A stretch of DNA of 64,000 nt from Nitrospirota bacterium (GTDB taxonomy: Bacteria > Nitrospirota > UBA9217), in contig CAWIYV010000009.1 of NCBI GenBank assembly GCA_963840455.1, positions 352,001 through 416,000 of the forward strand, written 5' to 3'. Below the pieces are notes generated by a model. The model was given only the letters and a program-made list of their open reading frames with translations, made no database searches and was not told the origin of the DNA. Shown piece after piece: positions 21,086 through 31,813 of the stretch; position 1 is the stretch's first letter; each line of letters opens with the position of its first letter. A program made the translations under genes and the position numbers.

Positions 21086-22522
21086 CTACCGTGTCCTTCG
21101 CACTCGAACCACCAGCAGTTTCTTCGTTTCCGGCCCCGGCAGGTACCGTCCGTCTGTCCTCATGCCGACGACCCAGACGAGGTCCTGTTCCGTGGCGAGC
21201 AGGGGCACGGCCGCGCGTCTGAACCGCGGCACCTTCTCATCCACGAAGTAGTCCTGAAGCTTTTTGCTCTTCCCCTCCATGCCCGCGGGGCAGAACCAGT
21301 CACCCACCCGCCTGCTTCGCAGGTACAAAGGCAGCGCTATCTTATCATAATCAAATTGTGCCTGCCACAGATAATTTTCATCGAACGACCCCTCGTCGTC
21401 ATCGCCCGTCCTCTGATGGGAAGGTAATCCACCGTCAAGGTCGAGGGCTTCGCGCACCTGAACTTCCACCTGCAGGCCAGTTCCGGGGACGTCGGTCCTG
21501 CCGGGAACCGCAAGGGGTGTGCTGAGCTCCTCGACGCGTTCCCGCTGCCGGATGAGAAATGAATCATATTCCCGCGCAAGGGAAAGACCGCCGGGAAGCT
21601 CCATCATCCTGCCAGTCTGGGCCTCTGCCATGAAGGCGATGGCTTCTTCGGTCCGGACCGAGGACAGACCGGGCGTCTCTTCGCCGTTGGACAGGGCAAG
21701 GGCATTTCGCAGCACCCGCCGCCGGAGCGCCGGCAGGAGGCCGTTGAACTCCGCCCGGACGATGCGGACAGCCTCGCCGTCCTGCCGGACCGTGCGGTCC
21801 ATGACGTCGGCCAGGGAGGCCTCCATGGCGGTGTCCTCGTCCCGGAGGACCTCCGCCGCCGTGGCGAGGGCCTCCACGATGCGCGGGTTGAAGCGCTCGA
21901 GGACGGGGAGGACCTCCTGCCGGACGCGGTTCCGGGTGTAGAGCGGCTTCAGGTTGGATGGGTCCGTGACGAAGTCCTGGCCGTTCTCCTTCAGGTATGT
22001 CAGGACCTTTTCCCGCGTTACGTCAATGAGCGGCCGGATGATGTTCTCCCGGACCGGCGGGATGGCCGAGAGGCCGGTCACACCCGCGCCCCGGATGAGC
22101 CTCATGAGGAGCGTCTCGGCCTGGTCATTTGCCGTATGGCCGAGAGCGATACGATTCGCACCGGCCGCATCGGCGACATGCTGCAGGAACCGGTAGCGGA
22201 CCTCGCGGCCGCCGACCTGGGCAGAAAGCCCCCGTTCACGGGAGTAGGCGGGGACGTCGGATGATTCGATCGTCGCCGGCAGGCTCCAGCGGGCGGCCAA
22301 GCCCCGGACGAACTGCGCTTCAGCTGCCGATTCTTCCCCCCGGAATCGGTGATCCAGATGGGCCACGTGGAGCGTCAGTTCGTATTCCGGCATGAGCGCC
22401 AGCAGGGCGCGGAGCAGGCAGACCGAGTCAGGACCGCCCGATACCGCCACGACTACCCGGTCTCCGGGCGAGAGCATGCGGTGTTTGTTGATGGTCTCTT
22501 TGATCTTCAACAGGAGCATCAT
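21086..22522 (-). CDS. tilS: tRNA(Ile)-lysidine synthetase
   Basis: AVSGGPDS, GHTANDQAET, IRPL, RNRVR, KKLQDYFVD. Confidence 0.95.
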   Translation of the reverse strand: MMLLLKIKETINKHRMLSPGDRVVVAVSGGPDSVCLLRALLALMPEYELTLHVAHLDHRFRGEESAAEAQFVRGLAARWSLPATIESSDVPAYSRERGLSAQVGGREVRYRFLQHVADAAGANRIALGHTANDQAETLLMRLIRGAGVTGLSAIPPVRENIIRPLIDVTREKVLTYLKENGQDFVTDPSNLKPLYTRNRVRQEVLPVLERFNPRIVEALATAAEVLRDEDTAMEASLADVMDRTVRQDGEAVRIVRAEFNGLLPALRRRVLRNALALSNGEETPGLSSVRTEEAIAFMAEAQTGRMMELPGGLSLAREYDSFLIRQRERVEELSTPLAVPGRTDVPGTGLQVEVQVREALDLDGGLPSHQRTGDDDEGSFDENYLWQAQFDYDKIALPLYLRSRRVGDWFCPAGMEGKSKKLQDYFVDEKVPRFRRAAVPLLATEQDLVWVVGMRTDGRYLPGPETKKLLVVRVRRTR

Positions 22523-22600
22523 GAATCTAGGAGCGAGCGATTAGGATAACACTACCCTGAGGATCGAAGATTGCCCGCAGCTTGCCGCAGGGAGCTTCAA
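22522..22600 (-). repeat. Miniature palindromic element, copy C (inverted, internal deletion)
   Basis: Reverse complement matches copy B but lacks the segment between the two CGCTCGCT direct repeats. Confidence 0.8.
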
Positions 22601-22771
22601 CGTTGCGACGAGAGACGAGCGACGCGTGACAAGAAACAATAACGATGACAAGCGACGCGCAACGAGGTTCGGGCCAAAGGACGTTACCCGTCTCTCGTCG
22701 TTCAGTAACGGCACGATGCCATTATACCGGAGAACGGGACAGGAGGGAACGGAAATGAACGGGGAGGAAAG

Positions 22772-22789
22772 AAATGGTGGCGGTGCAGG
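22772..22789. repeat. att-site duplication of tRNA-Met 3' end
   Basis: AAATGGTGGCGGTGCAGG identical to 27105-27122. Confidence 0.85.
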
Positions 22790-23009
22790 CAATCCAATAG
22801 GTAATATAATTGATTGTAATAACTTGCTATTTATCAATTCAATTTTGCTTGATTCCCCACCCGGTTCCCCAGCATCATGGGTTCGTTTCCTGAAAGCATC
22901 CAGCATACCCCCGATGAGACTCATAGAGTCCCCCTCGAGTTTTTCTTGTCAGAAGTTCACGCATCGCGCTCACTCACTTTGGTGAATCTTAAAAATCCGT
23001 AGACCGACT

Positions 23010-23444
23010 TTACCTTGGCAATAAGATCATCGTGAATCTTCTTATAATATTCGACAACGCAGGCAGTTCTTCTTTCGGTGGATAATAATTCCCTGAGCCT
23101 GATATATAACCTGTATCGAATTCAGTCTTAATCTTGCCATCTTTCACATAAACCGCCATCGAATAATTAACATCGACAGGCACGGAACTTTTCAGTGTAG
23201 GGTTATATATATACTGATAGGTATAAATTGCTTTTACAATGATGATACCAGCATCTTTATCCTGCATTTGAATGACATCCTTGGCTGAACGAAAATTCTT
23301 TGCTATCCATTCATTTGCTGATGCATAAGCATCACTCTTCGTTTTAGTATGCTCGTCAATGTATGTAATTGTTTTTTCTTTCGGATCGAAAGTTTCAGGG
23401 TACTTCGGCGTAACCATGCATGCACTAATAAAAATAGTTGTCAT
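23010..23444 (-). CDS. DUF4468-like lipoprotein (possibly damaged ends)
   Basis: Lipobox ISAC; WIAKNFRSAKDVIQMQDKDAGIIIVK and VKDGK motifs. Confidence 0.6.
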   Translation of the reverse strand: MTTIFISACMVTPKYPETFDPKEKTITYIDEHTKTKSDAYASANEWIAKNFRSAKDVIQMQDKDAGIIIVKAIYTYQYIYNPTLKSSVPVDVNYSMAVYVKDGKIKTEFDTGYISGSGNYYPPKEELPALSNIIRRFTMILLPR

Positions 23445-23542
23445 ACTATCAAAGTCATATTTATCGCTTTTCCCAACAAGATAGAAGTTGCGCCGCCAGC
23501 ATCACCAGCGACGTTTAATTTCAAAGTATTTTTTTTTAAACG

Positions 23543-24418
23543 CCACATTCAACTCTGAAGTGCAACAAGTGAGCGAGCAACTTCCAACGGTGTTTTGAAG
23601 CTAGGCACTTTCTGGGTCGGTTGTTGATGAGCTTCTCGATTTTCTTTATTTGCTCTTTGTCAATCTTACTGAAGTCAGTACCCTTTGGCAAGTAGCGTCG
23701 GATGAGGCCGTTGATCTGCTCATTGATCCTCGTTGCCATGCCGCATAGGGATGGGCAAAGTAGCATTTGATGCCAAGCGTAGCTGACAACTCCTCGTGCC
23801 TGGCATTCTCAGTGCCGTTGTCCATGGTAAGCGTCCGTTTTGCCTCCACGGGCAACTTCTTGAGCGCTCGAGCGACCGCTTATTGGTTTCGGCAGCGGTC
23901 TTGCGTTCATTGGAAAGCGGAGGATGGTTTGCGCTGATTATGCTGTGCAAGGCAGACTTACTCTTGCGGAGACAGCGTATCGCTTTCAATGGAAATTGCT
24001 TTCGCTGATGAGACTTTGGCTGGCATAATGGAAATATTGGGAATTTGTTTTAGTATTTTCTCTTTTCTTGATGCGCGTTTTCGCTTTTCCGCAGAAACGT
24101 AACCAGGTAGTTCCTGCAAGGCCGTCACAGTCTCTTCTTAAGACGACAGCAATGATCTCGGGACAGTTGATCTTAAGCTTTCGCGGACGTACTGCTAATT
24201 TTTTGCTCTTGAGCAGCGGTATCATGACGGCTGTCAGTTTCTCTGATCTGATCGTTTCTGTGCCGGCAGGGCGTGTAACAGCTATACTGGAAGCGTTAGT
24301 ATAAGCTCGTGAGATGTGCCTTATCGGCTGATACCGGCAATCTCGGAAGGCTTTGCCTCCAATGCATTGATGCTATGAGCTCACGCTCTGTTTGGTAAGA
24401 TGAACATAGTTTTTGCAT
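23543..24418 (-). pseudogene. IS30-family transposase remnant
   Basis: TLTMDNGTE, FAHPYAAWQRG, NEQINGLIRRYLPKGTDF, INNRPRKCL across several frames; IS30-like end TGTTGCACTTCAGAGTTGAATG. Confidence 0.85.
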
Positions 24419-24421
24419 CTT

Positions 24422-24963
24422 CTAAAAGAGCCCCGCTTTCGACAGCTTATTTACAAGATCTTTGGCATAGGGTGGTACCTGGTCAAGGTAATGGCGAGGA
24501 TCGGTTGAGCCTTCCTGTATCTTCGTTTCCGCATCAGCGGACGAGATCAATTTGTTCGTATTCATGTCGTAGACATCTGTGTGCGTATTAATACATGGGT
24601 GCCCCGATGCATCCATTTTTGTGCCAGCGGGCCCGGTAATCAGTACGGTATCTGCACCGACTTCCTTTGCTAGTGCCGCTATAGCGTCCTTATCGGGCAC
24701 GACCTTATCGGGCGCAAAAGACCGAAGTATCTTACGACAGCATCTACCTTGTGATCCTTCAATGCCTTCACCACTTCGTCTTGGAAGAGCCTTCTAATCG
24801 AGGCATTTTGAAACGTACTGATTACAAGGATCTTTTCGGGATGCCCTTGATATGTCTCATCCTTCCACATAGAGGAGAATTTCGTCGACGTGGATGCGCA
24901 CGCAAGGAAGATAAACAACATGATGAACGCAGCGAATCGTATGGATAATCTTAAAATTCTCAT
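24422..24963 (-). pseudogene. Lipoprotein split by frameshift (~24700)
   Basis: Lipobox FLAC, WKDETY..KILVI..RRLFQD; continues in another frame as GADTVLIT...LVNKLSKAGLF. Confidence 0.6.
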
Positions 24964-25293
24964 TTTCCGATGCTCCTTACTTTATAACATAGGGTTTCCC
25001 TGAAGAGGCGACACGATTGACTATAACACAAGACGCCGACAATTTCAAACAGCAGAAACATAAGCGGACAATTCCTGCCCAGAAATGTCACTTTATGATA
25101 TAGTTACTAATAAGAACTGTTTCTGATGCATGAGAAGGGGGAATAACAAATGACGATATCAAGGATTTTATCTATATTCGGTATCTTGTTTTTCCTTTTC
25201 TTGATTGCGGTTCCAGACACTTCGGCAACATGCACCTGAGTTTGGACAGTTAGCTTAGAGCAATCGGACAGGGTGCTTTTTGATTCAAGTTTA

Positions 25294-26270
25294 TCAGCTT
25301 TGCCTCGTACTCAGCAGGCGGAACGTAATCCAGTGAAGCTTGCAGCACGCTTTCTGATTATACACTTGTTCGTTGAGTGGACGCTCGTACGAGAACGTCT
25401 CAGTGCGGTATGCTAAAGATGAGACCACTTCGGTCTTGAAGGTTTGCAAAAGATTTGCAAATGCGTTGTCGCAAAAAGTGCCCTTCGGAGACGCAGATCT
25501 GAAACCGGGCTGCGATGGACTGTAATTGCATGAGCTAGCAGAACTCGACACCGCGCTTCGAATGTGAACGCGTCGTGCAGGAGGGTTTCTGCTCTGAATC
25601 GCCATCCGAAGCGCTGAGAGGCTCAAGGATGTGTCGATAGTCCGCGAGAGGGCATATCCGATCGCCTTCCGCGAACAGAGGTCCAGATTGACCGCCAGGT
25701 ATACAAAGCCGACTGCAATCCGGATATAGGTGATATCGGCAACCCATACCTGATTGAGGCTGGTTACCTGCAGGTCTTTGGTCAGGTTCGGATATACGGG
25801 ATAAGGATGGTTGCTGTCAGTGGTTTTGACAAACTGCTTGGTATTCGTGACCAAGAGGCCCTTTTCCCGCATGATCCGGTGTACTTTCTTGTGGTTTACC
25901 GGGATGTCTTTCCGGTGCAGTTCACGGGTGACTTTCCGATACCCGTATTTCGGGAACTCTTCGGTGATCTCGTTCGAATCCGGTTGCCAGGGCCTGGTCC
26001 TCAAGGGAAAGCTCCTGGCTCTTGGAATGGTAATAATAGCTGCTTCGAGGGAGCTTCATGAGTTCGCATCCCCTCGTGACGGTTTTGATAAGGTCTCGAT
26101 GGTAGGCAATGAATTGCCTTTTTTCCGGGACTGATCGAAGCTTTGATGCAGCGCTTTTTTTAAAAACTGTTTTCGAGATGAGCTTTTCGAAGCTTGCTAA
26201 AATTATGCAATGCGTGCTTAAAAAGCTGCTTCCTTGGCGGAATAGGCTGCGAGCTGTATTTGACATACTG
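25294..26270 (-). pseudogene. IS3-family transposase remnant
   Basis: YGYRKV, VNHKKVHRIMRE, NQVWVADITYI, LDLCSRKAIGY; degraded C-terminus and orfA. Confidence 0.85.
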
Positions 26271-27046
26271 CTTTATCAATGATGCAGAACTCAGACACGG
26301 CTATGTCTGCGGCAGGCGGACTCCGATAACCCAGCAGATTTCGTGTACAACTTGAATATAGCAATTCGGTCTTTAAACTCTGCAATCGAAGCACTAGGCG
26401 CCTGCACTGGTGCGCCCTAACTATGTAATAATTGGATCTAACGTCAGGGGGTGTTCTGGCAGACCGAACTCGCAGATCTTAACGCAAACGTGAGTGCGCG
26501 GTGAATACGGGAAAAATTTTTTCGTTTCAAGTTAGTCGATCTCGATACACAGGAGGTCGTTGCGGTATCCAGCGAGACACCAATTATCCGTCGGGGACTA
26601 CCCCAATCTGGTCCGATTGTACTTCCAATTATCATCCCAACTCGTTAGTAGGGTAAGATATCGCTATCATCCCTAAAAGCCCATCGCCACATTAGATGCT
26701 GGCGGTTCCTTCCGGGCCATCATGCCTTTGGCGGCTTCAAACCCTGCCAACTCTCTCGCCAACTTCGCCTCTGCGAATGCACAGATAACGGCGCTGTCAA
26801 GGTTGTCCCACACGACGCCTGCAACTCTTTTGTTACTTCCTGTATGCCCTAAAAATACCTCATCTATTACCAATAATCATTCTCGCATAGCAGGCGCAAC
26901 AATGCGCCTCGATTGCATCCCGGCGCGTGAGCTTGATCCCGTTCTTCAGCGGCCGTGATCAGCCTTACCATCTACACAAGACATAAGACCTCACTAAAGG
27001 ACGGTATTGGACTAACAGAACGATCAGGGAGGGGACATTATGACAA

Positions 27047-27074
27047 TAAAAAAGCCCCTGTTTTCAAGGGGCTT
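27047..27074 (-). terminator. Terminator downstream of tRNA-Met
   Basis: AAGCCCCT-loop-AGGGGCTT followed by T-run on minus strand. Confidence 0.6.
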
Positions 27075-27107
27075 ATGTACTGCATTGAACTTTGTTGAAT
27101 AATTAAA

Positions 27108-27183
27108 TGGTGGCGGTGCAGGGACTCGAACCCCGGACACAGGGATTATGATTCCCCTGCTCTACCAGCTGAGCTACACCGCC
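27108..27183 (-). tRNA. tRNA-Met (CAT), elongator type
   Basis: GGCGGTGTAGCTCAGCTGGTAGAGCA-GGGGA-ATCATAA-TCCCT...GTTCGAGT...CACCGCCACCA; canonical 7/5 cloverleaf, G1-C72 pair, encoded CCA. Confidence 0.93.
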
Positions 27184-27278
27184 ACGGGTGAATTTGATAG
27201 GTGGTCAAAATACTCAATTACGGCTTTTTTGTCAAGAAAAACCGTCGCCGCGCCCTTTGTATCGGGGGAGGCCGGGGG

Positions 27279-27917
27279 CTATTCCTTGAACCGGGTCTCT
27301 TCCTTCTGGATCTTCTCCATCTCTTCCTTCTGGGTCTTGCACTCGATGCAGTACCGGGCAAGGGGATTGACCTCGAGCCGTTTGATGCTGATCTCTCCGC
27401 CGCACTCCTCGCAGACGCCGTACGTATTGTTCTGGAGCTTGCGGAATGCGTCGGCGATGTCCTTGTATTGCTCGTACTTCATCTCGAGCAGCGAGTAGTC
27501 GATCCCCTGGTCCACGTCCTGGGACGACTGGTCGGCGCTGTCCATGGCTGAGTCGATCTTCTGGCCGGTCTCAAGCGTCAGCTTGCGGCCCATCTGGGCC
27601 TCCAGGCCGCGCACCACTTCGTTCCGCTTCTTGAGAAGCAGCCCCTTGAGCACGTCCTTCCGTTTGTTCACGGCGGCGGACATCTTTGCCGGGGCGGCCG
27701 CTGCGGCCTTCGGGGCGGCCTTTGGCTTCTTGGTGGCGGTCCGTTTTACGGCCTTCTTCGCGGCTTTCTTTCCTGTTTTATTTGCCGTTCTTGTCACGGC
27801 TTTTTTTAACGTCTTTTTCTTCGCTGCTTTCTTTGCGGAGGCGCGTGCAGGTCTCTTGACCGATTTCTTTCCTTTGGTCGTTGCCGCCTTCTTCTTTGCT
27901 TTCTTTTTTACCGCCAT
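27279..27917 (-). CDS. DksA/TraR C4 zinc-finger protein with Lys/Ala-rich N-terminal extension
   Basis: YGVCEECGGEI..RLEVNPLARYCIECK; DSAD coiled-coil tip. Confidence 0.85.
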   Translation of the reverse strand: MAVKKKAKKKAATTKGKKSVKRPARASAKKAAKKKTLKKAVTRTANKTGKKAAKKAVKRTATKKPKAAPKAAAAAPAKMSAAVNKRKDVLKGLLLKKRNEVVRGLEAQMGRKLTLETGQKIDSAMDSADQSSQDVDQGIDYSLLEMKYEQYKDIADAFRKLQNNTYGVCEECGGEISIKRLEVNPLARYCIECKTQKEEMEKIQKEETRFKE

Positions 27918-28178
27918 GATCCTTTTCTTCCTCCTGACCCTTATGCGTGTGGCAGAATGATAGTGCAGATGTGGCGCTGCAGGCCGCTTCGCCATTTTTT
28001 GAATGCCGGATATTATAGTAAGCTATGATGGTAAATTCAAGATAATTTATCAGGGTCTGCAAGAAAAATGACCTGCCTGCAGATCCGGCTGTTGCCAGGT
28101 TCAGTCAAGAATATAATGGCTAAGTATCTGGAATTCTGGTACTATTCGGCACTTAGACCGAGTCGAAGAGAGGGGAAC

Positions 28179-31100
28179 ATGAAAACACTTTTTATTACTG
28201 CCTTCCTGATGCTCTGTTCGTCCTGTGCGGCGCTTGCGGGGGAACGACCGGCCCCAGCACCCATTGAGTGCCGGCTTGATGTCTCTCTTGATATCCCCCG
28301 GTCGCTGATCAGGGGGCGTCTGACCATTCCTGTCAGCGCGGGGAATGCGGTGACCTTCCATACCGGCCAGCTTGTGGTGGGCGGCGTTACGCTGAACGGC
28401 AAAGACATACCTGCGCCTGTCCGGGAAGGGGTCCTCGACATCAGGCCGTCCGAGGACGGCCTGATGGAGGTCCGGTATGAGGGCGTGTTCCAGGGCGGCC
28501 AGCCCCAGGGCGACAGGAACTTCGGGGTCGTATCGAGCACCATCGATGACCGCGGGATCTCGCTCACCGGGACATGGTACCCCCAGCCGTCCGGTCTCGT
28601 GCGTTGGAAGCTCACAGCCCTGCTCCCTGTCGGGTATGAGGCGGTGTCGGAGGCGGACAGGATCGTCAAGGTGAAGAAGGACGGAGGCACCGAGTTCACC
28701 TTTGATTTTCCCCACCCCGTCGACAGTCTCTCCCTGGTTGCCACGGACCGCTACGAGGTGACCCAGGACCGCTTCGGCGACCGCGAGCTCTACGCCTATT
28801 TCTTCAAGGAGGACCGGGAGCTCGCAAAGACCTACTTACAGTACGCCAAAAAGTATTTCGAACTGTACGAGAAGATGCTCACTCCCTATCCCTACAAGCG
28901 GTTCTCCATCGTCGAGAACTTCCTGCCCACCGGCTATTCCATGCCCGCCTTCACCCTCCTGGGACAGGACGTGGTGCGCCTGCCGTTCATCGTGGAGACC
29001 TCGCTGGGCCACGAGATCCTGCACCAGTGGTTCGGGAACTCGGTGTACGGCGACCGCGAAAAGGGCAACTGGGAGGAGGGCCTGACCACCTACCTTGCGG
29101 ACCACTGGTACGAGGAACAGAAGGGCAGGGGATGGGAGTACCGCAAGCAGCTGCTCGTCAACTACGGGGCGTACGTGAACAGCTCGAACGAATTTCCCCT
29201 CAGCGAGTTCAGGAGCAGGACCGACCTTCCTTCGCGCTCCATCGGCTACGGAAAGGCGGCCATGGTCTTCCACCTGCTCCGGACCATGACGGGCGACGAG
29301 ACGTTCTTCGGGGCGCTCAAGGACCTCATCGGGCAGCGGCAGTTCACTGCCGCGTCATGGGACGACATCAAGGACGTCTTCGAAAAGCGGTCCGGCAGGG
29401 ACCTGTCGCCGTTCTTCCATCAGTGGCTCAAGGAGAAGGGGCTTGTCGATATCCACGTGGAGAGCTCGTCGGTCCGGAGGAAAGGGGGGAAGTTCGAGCT
29501 GACGATTATTGTTGTGCGGAAGAACAGTACCGTCGCCATCGACCTGCCCCTGACCCTGCTGTTCCTGCAGGGCGGCGAGAAGAAGATGTCGGTCACGCTG
29601 GATGCTGAGCGGAAGGAGATCATGCTCCTTGTCGACGACGAACCTGCCTACGTGGTGTTTGACCGTGATTATGATCTCCCGAGGACGCTGACGGGGGATG
29701 AGATGCCGCCGGTCGTCGCGCGGCTGCTCGGTGACGAACGGCCGATCATCGTCGTAGAGGAAGCGGGCATTCCGGTGTACCAGGCGGTCATCGTGGGTTT
29801 TGCACGGGAACAGGCTCAGAACAACGAAAAGAAGATGGATGGAACCGGGAAGCGTCTGACCGATGCGGACCTCAAGGCGTCGTCGGTCGTCATCCTTGGT
29901 GCGGACAATCCGCTGGTCAACAAGCTGTTCGGCGCTGTTCCCGCTCCGGCCGCGGGGTTCAGCCTTGAGGTCCGGACGAACCCGTGGAACGCCGGCAAGG
30001 TCGTCGGGATCTTCAACGCCCGTTCTGCGGAGGAGGCCGCGGCAGCATTCCCGAAGATAGCGCATTACGGGAAGTACAGCAGCCTTGCCTTCGACAAGGG
30101 AAGGAACATCGACAAGAAGATCTCCACGGCCGAGCGCGGGATCATCGTTGCCTTCCGCGAGGAGCCAGCGGTCGTTGATCTCTCGCTGATGAAGAAACTC
30201 TCCAACGTGACGGAGGCAGCTGCTGCCAAGAAGATCGTCTACCTGGGCGAATACCACGACCGGTTCAGCCACCACAACATCGAGCTCGAGATCATCCGGG
30301 ACCTGCACAAGAAGGACCCGAGGCTCGCCATTGGGATGGAGATGTTCCAGCGGCCCTTCCAGAACACGCTGGACGACTATGTCAACGGCGCCATCGACGA
30401 GCGCGAGTTCCTGAACCGGTCCGAGTATTTTGGGCGCTGGGGGTTCGATTACAACCTCTACAAGCCCATCCTTGATTTCGCGCGGCAGGAGCGCGTGCCG
30501 GTGGTCGCCCTTAATATAAGGAAGGAAATCACCGAGAAGGTATCGAAGGAGGGCATGGACGCCCTGACCGATGATGAACGGAAGGAGCTGCCGCGCGAGA
30601 CAGACTTCGCTGACGAGGACTACCGGCACCGCATCCGGCAGGCCTTCGACCAGCACAAGGGGCAGAGCGAGAAGAACTTCGATTTCTTCCTCCAGGCCCA
30701 GGTGCTCTGGGACGAGACCATGGCGGAATCCATCGACGAGTACCTCAAAAAGAACCCGGACCGCCGGATTGCGGTCATTGCCGGCGGTGGCCATCTGGCC
30801 TATGGCAACGGCATTCCGAAGCGGGCCTTCCGGCGGAACAACCTCCCGTACACCATCATCCTGAACGATGCGGAGATCGAGCGGGACATCGCGGACTTCA
30901 TCATCTTCCCGCAGCCCCTCAACGGCATGACCGCGCCGAAGCTGCTTACCACCTTCAAAGAGGACAAGGGGAGGCTTGTGATCAACGATTTCGTGCAGGA
31001 AAGCCCGGCGAAGGCTGCGGGGCTCAGGTCAGGTGACGGGATCATATCCCTGGACGGCGTGCCGGTGACATCCCTGCAGGATATCAAGGAGGCCCTTTTT

Positions 31101-31193
31101 TACAAGGACAAAGGTGATATAATGAAGATCAAGGTTATCCGGAAGCGGTTCCTTCTGGGCGAAAAAGAGATGGAGTTCGAGGTAAAGCTGTAG
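28179..31193 (+). CDS. Exported M1 aminopeptidase-ChaN-PDZ fusion protein
   Basis: Signal peptide; HEILH-x18-E; ChaN motifs YLGEYHD, GMEMFQRPFQ, QVLWDETMAE, AGGGH; C-terminal PDZ SPAKAAGLRSGD. Confidence 0.8.
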   Translation: MKTLFITAFLMLCSSCAALAGERPAPAPIECRLDVSLDIPRSLIRGRLTIPVSAGNAVTFHTGQLVVGGVTLNGKDIPAPVREGVLDIRPSEDGLMEVRYEGVFQGGQPQGDRNFGVVSSTIDDRGISLTGTWYPQPSGLVRWKLTALLPVGYEAVSEADRIVKVKKDGGTEFTFDFPHPVDSLSLVATDRYEVTQDRFGDRELYAYFFKEDRELAKTYLQYAKKYFELYEKMLTPYPYKRFSIVENFLPTGYSMPAFTLLGQDVVRLPFIVETSLGHEILHQWFGNSVYGDREKGNWEEGLTTYLADHWYEEQKGRGWEYRKQLLVNYGAYVNSSNEFPLSEFRSRTDLPSRSIGYGKAAMVFHLLRTMTGDETFFGALKDLIGQRQFTAASWDDIKDVFEKRSGRDLSPFFHQWLKEKGLVDIHVESSSVRRKGGKFELTIIVVRKNSTVAIDLPLTLLFLQGGEKKMSVTLDAERKEIMLLVDDEPAYVVFDRDYDLPRTLTGDEMPPVVARLLGDERPIIVVEEAGIPVYQAVIVGFAREQAQNNEKKMDGTGKRLTDADLKASSVVILGADNPLVNKLFGAVPAPAAGFSLEVRTNPWNAGKVVGIFNARSAEEAAAAFPKIAHYGKYSSLAFDKGRNIDKKISTAERGIIVAFREEPAVVDLSLMKKLSNVTEAAAAKKIVYLGEYHDRFSHHNIELEIIRDLHKKDPRLAIGMEMFQRPFQNTLDDYVNGAIDEREFLNRSEYFGRWGFDYNLYKPILDFARQERVPVVALNIRKEITEKVSKEGMDALTDDERKELPRETDFADEDYRHRIRQAFDQHKGQSEKNFDFFLQAQVLWDETMAESIDEYLKKNPDRRIAVIAGGGHLAYGNGIPKRAFRRNNLPYTIILNDAEIERDIADFIIFPQPLNGMTAPKLLTTFKEDKGRLVINDFVQESPAKAAGLRSGDGIISLDGVPVTSLQDIKEALFYKDKGDIMKIKVIRKRFLLGEKEMEFEVKL

Positions 31194-31199
31194 GGAACG

Positions 31200-31330
31200 G
31201 TTGAGAGGCAGACGCGAAGCAGTCGAAAGGCAGTCATGGAACAGTCGAGAAACAGTCGTCAGGCAGTCAACTGCTTTATGGCTGCAGCATGACTGCTGCT
31301 TGACCGCCCTTCGACCACCGTTCGACCGCA
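31200..31330. repeat. Degenerate ~12-bp tandem repeat (CAGTC core) with inverted GACTG/GACCG arm
   Basis: gcagtcgaaag-gcagtcatgga-acagtcgagaa-acagtcgtcag-gcagtcaact then gactgc..gaccgc..gaccac..gaccgc. Confidence 0.6.
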
Positions 31331-31380
31331 ATATGATTCACATCATAGCTGTTCCTGGGCGGAAAGAGTAGGGTAAGACC

Positions 31381-31629
31381 ATGGGATTGTTCAGTGAAGG
31401 CTGCCCCGGCAGCTCAGAGATCCGCACCCCGAAGCCGGAAGAGATCCGTTGCCAAAAGTGCGGCGAAAAGATGGAGATCTGGACCGACGAGCCGGACTCG
31501 GCTTGCAAGAAGTGCGGCCACATCAATGCCCGGCCCATGGGCACGTCTTGCGTCGAGTGGTGCGCCTTCGCCAAGGACTGCGTCGGCGCGGAGAAGTACG
31601 ATCGACTGATGAAGGCCGCGAAGAAGTAA
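31381..31629 (+). CDS. Small Cys-rich zinc-ribbon protein
   Basis: CPG, CxxCG..EIWTDE..CxxCG, CVEWCxxAxxC. Confidence 0.75.
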   Translation: MGLFSEGCPGSSEIRTPKPEEIRCQKCGEKMEIWTDEPDSACKKCGHINARPMGTSCVEWCAFAKDCVGAEKYDRLMKAAKK

Positions 31630-31813
31630 ACCGGTTCGCATCCCGCCTGTTCCGTTCATCATACCCCCTGCGAGCCACATGAACACGACCTTGCGTGCCT
31701 CACTCAAGGATACGGAAATCCCTTGATTTATAGGAGTGATTGTTCTATTATTGTCCGGCCATGAGGCGCTTGTTAGCGCCATTCAGGCAATCTGATCGAG
31801 GAGGACCACCCAG

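Larger units (their letters stand above)
22772..27122. mobile_element. Decayed genomic island integrated at tRNA-Met
   Basis: 18-bp flanking direct repeat, visibly AT-richer than flanks, IS30 and IS3 remnants; no integrase seen. Confidence 0.75.

Noticed and set aside
31200-31330. CRISPR array
   Set aside because: Period ~12 bp with no unique spacers and no cas genes.
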